The translations under genes were made by a program, and so were the position numbers. Shown here in pieces: positions 51,209 through 64,000 of a stretch of DNA of 64,000 nt. Below the pieces are notes generated by a model. That model was not told the origin of the DNA, made no database searches, and was given only the letters and a program-made list of their open reading frames with translations. How positions within the stretch are numbered: the first letter of the stretch is position 1; each line of letters opens with the position of its first letter. This DNA comes from Lingula anatina (taxonomy: Eukaryota > Animalia > Brachiopoda): positions 10,292,001 to 10,356,000 of the forward strand of contig CM120641.1 in NCBI GenBank assembly GCA_051362555.1, given 5' to 3'.

Positions 51209-52863
51209 TCTCGCGAGGAATCTCCGCGGTGTTGTCTCGACAACTTTGGTTTTTAACAGACACCTGGCATTTAGAGCTGCTGCATTAACTTGTCAACTTC
51301 ACTGCAAGTGCCCAGGTTCTCATGAGCGACATTTTTCGGCTCTGACACAACACACACAGGTAGGCATGCACCATTGACCTCAGCACAGGCAAACAGAGTT
51401 ACTACATGTACTATACATCTTCGTCGTATGATCTGACCAGCGACTCATTACGTTAACTGCACACAGTTGCGGTCATCACAATTGGATTAGTTGGTTATTA
51501 GTATGCATGTATGGATGGTAGGAAGGAGAATGGTGTTATAAATGTTATTGGAAAGATTTAGAAATAAATTATTAAATTCAAAATCCAAGTGCAAAATGGT
51601 TCGAATTTTATTTCATGAATAGGAGTAGCACGAAAATCCATGCGTTAGTACTGTCTGTGCTACATATCAGAATTGTCAATAGGAGTGCTAACGCATGAAT
51701 TTTCGTGCTAGAATAGGAGGAAATTATTTTTTTCTCCAGGAAAATAATTTGGCGGAAAAATCTTGGATGTCTTTAAAAGGACACCTCTAAAAGTTCTTAT
51801 AGACAATGATTGATGAGCACAATTTATTTTATTTTATTGAAAGATCGTATTAATTTTCATTTTATACTTTTATGTATAAATATAACAATAAACTATTATT
51901 ATTGTTATTAGAAGTTGGTGGTATTTCATCATTTTACATACATTCCATGAAAAGGTTAGCAGAAGGGAAAACGGAGAAAGAAATAAGGAAAGTTGAAATC
52001 TTTTAAGTTTCTCTTAATTATTGAAGCAGCACTTTTTTTTTTTTTCGTATATTGTAGGCCACAACACAAAGTAAACGCAAATACAGTACTGAACTGGAGG
52101 ATCCACAACGTAATATAGAAGAAAGAGTAACTGCAGTGTTGGCCACTTTTGATTTCATAGATGCAAAAAAGGTATAGAGACATGAAGCAAATTGAGTTTT
52201 TTCATGGTTATCTGCCTCTTTAACTGTTTTTAGTTTAAAAAAATTGTGATATGGAAGTAGTTTAAGTTAATAAAAACAGATTGATGGGAATATTCTTTTA
52301 TAATGCGTGAATTGTTACATTACAATGGAGTGTCACAATATTTGTCTTGCTTAATTGTATGTTCACATATTTTTAAAGAGTGTATGCATCTCTTTATTCT
52401 TCAGCTTACATTAGAGTCAAATTTTGCAAGTGATCTGGGTTTGGACAGCTTAGATCATATTGAGATATTGATGGCAATGTCGGAGGAATTTGGTAAGGAA
52501 AATTGAAAATCACAGTCTGCTACCTCACATTTGTCACACCAGTTTTTTTAAATTCACAATATTAATGATATTAAAATGTTTAAAAGTTTGGAAGTAACAA
52601 TTTTTGGGGCTTGTAATCATTTTTTTTTCATCGGTGACGCATAACTTTATGAGAACTGAAGGGATATTATACACTATATCTAGATGAAACAACTTGTAGC
52701 CGACATGATAGTCAAAGTAAAAGTAGATTTTGTAGACTTCAGGGTCTAAATAAAATTTTGTATGTCATTTTCAGGTATAGATATCCCAGACCAGGATGCT
52801 GAGAGATTATTACGCCCTAGAGATGTTGTATTGTACATACTAGATCAAATGTCCAAAGCCTAG
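51201..52863 (+). CDS. NDUFAB1: mitochondrial acyl carrier protein paralog A (divergent), 4 coding exons, 149 aa
   Basis: Exons 51201-51359, 52058-52171, 52405-52492 and 52775-52863. Arg-rich transit peptide, [32 protein letters not shown] with the phosphopantetheine Ser intact, no stops or frameshifts, AATAAA at 53060. Confidence 0.92.
51626..51710. mobile_element. 85-bp micro-MITE with 9-bp TSD (TAG...CTA termini, AcademH- or MULE-like)
   Basis: 27-bp TIRs (25/27 match) flanked by a perfect direct repeat GAATAGGAG (51617-51625 / 51711-51719). Confidence 0.85.
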
Positions 52864-53424
52864 TGTTGCAGGAAAATCAGTAGGTAAAGACTAAGGCCTT
52901 TGAAAAATTGGGTAATTGAGAATTACAAAGTAATTTAGATTGTAGGATTCTCCAGAAAAATTTATTTTCTTGTCATTCTGGCTTTTACAGTATTTGTCAC
53001 CAGTATAGCGCCATATTGATGTGATATTGCTATTGGGAAAAGAGCATTGGAAAATTCAAAATAAAACAAATGTCCAGATCTTTTATTTCCTCATGGAGTT
53101 CTTTTTTTTTATCACAGGTAAATTATCACAAACCAACAAAAGACAGGAATGTGCCTGTAAACAGGAGTCTGCGTGCAGTAAATGACATGAACAGAATGAA
53201 CATTTTAAACTACTGTTAAGATTAAACTGCACTTCTGCGAATTGGAGAGGGTATTATTCCAGGCAGCATTATCAACTAACTTCTGATGCACACTACTATA
53301 CTACCAGAACATTCAATAGCTAAGCACCTGGGACATTTTTGATGGGAACATTTTAGATAAAGAAAGCTGAGGTATTTAGTTACTCTGTGCACACAGTAGT
53401 TATGAGTACACTTTTTGTTGTTTA

Positions 53425-54568
53425 GGCCACACTTTTTTATTTTTATGGATGACATCCTCTGGGGACCCCGCAATCGGTGCGAGAGGGCGAAAAAAAAAAA
53501 AAAAACAGTCCAAAAAAAAAAACAAAAATGTTGCTTAAGTAAAGGAATGCTGTCAGTACACAGCTGGAAACACAAATTTACCACAGAAACATGTATCAAA
53601 CTAACAATATGTCTTTATCCATGCTCTCAAAATATTAAAGCATTGTGAATACTTCGTAGAAAGGTAAAAAAAAAGTCATGAATAGACGGGCCCGTAGCCA
53701 GGGGGTTCGAAAGAACCACCCCTTTTGCTGCGAAAAGGTCCACTCTGGGTAAAATTTGATCTATATACATTAAGTTTTTATGGAAAATGGTCCACATTTT
53801 TTCAAAAAAAAGAACCCCCCCTTTTGAAATTGCTGGCTACGGGCCTGATAGACATGCTGCATATTACCCAATCTATTTAAGGTTATTTCATGTTGGTATA
53901 ACAATCAATAAAACAAATATCAAACAAACAGCATGTCTTTATTTGTACTCTCAGAATATGAAAGCATTATGAACACTACACAGAAATGTTAAAAAATGAT
54001 ATGCTTAATACTACCAATTCTATAAAAGGTCATTTCGGTCGATGCCATTTTGTCTACTTCGTCTCACATGAAGCAGCCAAACTGTCCGGGCCTGACCGAC
54101 CTACAGCCCACCGAATACCTCGACACCCTGTCGACCCTTTTTTTCGCTACAAAAAAAACCTGGTATGTGTTGCTTTGGACAGAATATCACTGAAATTTTC
54201 CGGGCGATAATTGCTGGCGGCCGCCAGCCTTTCGCATAATAGTAAAAAAGTGGATATCTCCATGACCAATATCAATGGCATAACAATCCAAAACGATGGC
54301 CCCGTTCTCTTTATGACTTTATATAATTAATTGTCCTGTAATTTGAAAGTAATCCTAGAGATGAATTTGATGGCAAAGCGGCCATATTTCCACGTGGCAG
54401 TAATACGCATGCGCAAAAAGCACATCTTCCGGCAAATTCAATTTTGACGTTTGCGACAACCGACTTCGATGGGGGGGGGGGGGTTTTTTTTTTTTTTGTT
54501 TTTTTTGAGAACGGACGAAAATCGGTGCGCGCGCAGGATGTCATCCATAAAAATAAAAAAGTGTGGCC
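53425..54568. mobile_element. non-autonomous DNA transposon, Zator-like (GGCC termini, TTA TSD)
   Basis: Perfect 34-bp TIR GGCCACACTTTTTTATTTTTATGGATGACATCCT (53425-53458 / 54535-54568) with TTA on both flanks. Confidence 0.9.
53687..53847. mobile_element. small MITE nested in the Zator-like element
   Basis: 15-bp TIR C(G/A)GGCCCGTAGCCAG and flanking direct repeat ATAGA(C). Confidence 0.78.
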
Positions 54569-55726
54569 TTACGTGCAAAAAAAAAGCAGATCTCAAGACT
54601 TATCTATCTACTCAATAGACTTTCAACTTGGGAATTCAGCCCCCTTTGTGATGTTGGTTAACAATTGGAACTACAAAATGTCGCTGCCATCTTATTGCTG
54701 AAGATGTCAACTTCAAATTGCTTCTGTTGTAAATAACTATATACTTGTTGAAAATAAAATAAGCATGAAGCTGTGTTATTATAAGTTTAGTCTATGTTTT
54801 TTCTGTGTGTATGAAAATTACAGAATAAAATTAAGACATTGAAATCAATAGTTTTCAAAAGTCAAAGTGATGAGAAACATTGCAGTAAGGTCCATTGCTT
54901 ATGCTTATTATTTTAATCTTCATATTACAATGGCATATTATCAGAGATATAGATCATAAGTAAAAAGCAGGCCATTTTGAAAATACATGATACATGTATC
55001 CTATCAATAATAGCCTTCTACCACTGCAGAAGTAAATGAGGATGTATTTTGGAAAGTTGAAATTTTATATTTTGCACAGCCTTTAATGCATTACACTTCG
55101 ATTTTCTTTGGAAATCTGCACAGACACGGTAACATTTTATTTCAAAAGGCAGTTACTTAAAAACTGGTTAGAAATAATGCCTCTGCATGGCTATCGCCCT
55201 GAATGTTTATTACTCAGGATATGCTAAATTAAAATTTACCTTGATTTACACATACAGCCACCTATAAGTGATGAGAATTAAGTATTTTTCCAATTTCCTT
55301 CAAAGTTTTACAGGTCACTGTGACAAACGGGAAAAGTTTTTCTTTTTTTTTTCACTGAAACTACGGCATTTTAAATTTGTTCTGTATATATTTGGATAAT
55401 GTGGGTGGCATACGTCCCATACCATATACCTACTATCTATTCCAGTTGGAATTTGCCACGGTTTTATGTCATTTTAAGTGGTAAAATTAAGATCAAGTTT
55501 TCAAATACCAGCACTTTTTACAGGGGATGATTAATACTTATCCAAACTACAGAAATCGTTTTCCCTTTGATATTACTTCAAATTGGAAAACATTAATAGG
55601 CGACTGCAATATTTCGAAGAAATGGCATATCAGAAAAACAATTCCAAGAGGAGAAATGGCGATTTCATGTGTACGTATGCCTCATGCTACTTGTTGACCG
55701 CGTTTCTTTTGCTGATTATCAAAACG

Positions 55727-55751
55727 GCATTCTGGGATACAAACAGACAAG

Positions 55752-55759
<8 letters not shown>
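55727..55759 (+). promoter_or_regulatory. ZNF143/Staf-like plus consensus YY1 motif at the start of paralog B
   Basis: GCATTCTGGGAT at 55727-55738 and CAAGATGGCGGC at 55748-55759 overlapping the ATG. Confidence 0.6.
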
Positions 55760-63304
<7,545 letters not shown>

Positions 63305-64000
63305 CGTAAATTATAAGGGTGAGTGAACATTTAAATAAAATTTGTTTTACCGTCATTTTGAAAGAATCTTTCTTTGTGTGGGTGGGTGTTTGTTTTACTT
63401 AAAACAATCAAATATTCAATCAGTACACCAGAAGTATCAATATATATTATTTTAAGATTTTTTAAAACTGCATCAGATATATATACTCTACCTCTATAAA
63501 GATCAGATATTCTAATTTTTAAATAACAATAAGTCACAATTGCACTTGATTTCTTTTTGAAGATAGATTATTAAAATTTTATGGAAGTGTTTTATTTGAA
63601 GCAATTAGATATTCAAGGAATGGATTTGTGAATTTTAAATTGAGATGAAAGAGAGAAGGACATTCTTGGACAACACTTGTCTCCATTATTAATATGAGAA
63701 ATGTTTATTGTTGCTTTATTTTTTACAGGTGAATGGACTGCTTAAAGTGGAGGTGTCCCTTTCATCTGGATTGTGCATGCAGTTGAAGCATGAAAACATT
63801 GGAAGCTCAGTTTAAGCGATTGCAAGTCTTTGCTGAGAGTAGCAAAACATGTCAGCCATTTTGGTATATTTGTTGATCAATTACAACATTGGAGTGAAAT
63901 TGTTAGCACATTTCTGGGTGTCACAAAAGTAGGAGATTTTTCTAACGCTGATATCTACACTTGGTTCTAATAAACTGAGATCAGTAACTAATAGACATTA

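Noticed and set aside
51015-51377. 120-aa ORF as a stand-alone gene or N-terminal extension
   Set aside because: Only the part from ATG 51201 is homologous to paralog B exon 1. The upstream part begins at the LINE edge and would bury the transit peptide.
54311-54544. Possible divergent gene or promoter (minus-strand MAAL... start with NRF1/ETS motifs)
   Set aside because: It lies wholly inside the TIR-bounded element 53425-54568 and the frame closes after 24 codons from that ATG.

Overview
AT-rich eukaryotic (invertebrate, mollusc-like) genomic DNA. The six-frame ORF track is mostly noise because the real genes are spliced. (1) A complete + strand neogenin/DCC/frazzled netrin-receptor gene was reconstructed by hand from 27 phase-consistent GT-AG coding exons (7967..48263; 4449 nt, about 1482 aa). 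It has a signal peptide, 4 Ig domains, 6 FN3 domains, a TM helix and P1/P2/P3 motifs. The signal-peptide exon is absent from the ORF track and lies 22 kb upstream of exon 2. (2) Two tandem + strand paralogs of the mitochondrial acyl carrier protein (NDUFAB1/mtACP) follow: a divergent copy A (51201..52863) and a canonical-looking copy B (55752..63304), with matching intron positions, matching promoter motifs and a probable 3'-UTR intron in each. (3) A set of non-autonomous transposons is concentrated around the ACP pair. The most striking is a nested structure in copy B intron 1: a Helentron/HINE-type element containing an inverted copy of itself plus a TTAA-flanked Kolobok-like element that carries an ATG-initiated exon. 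Family assignments come from motif recognition and terminal structure, not database searches.
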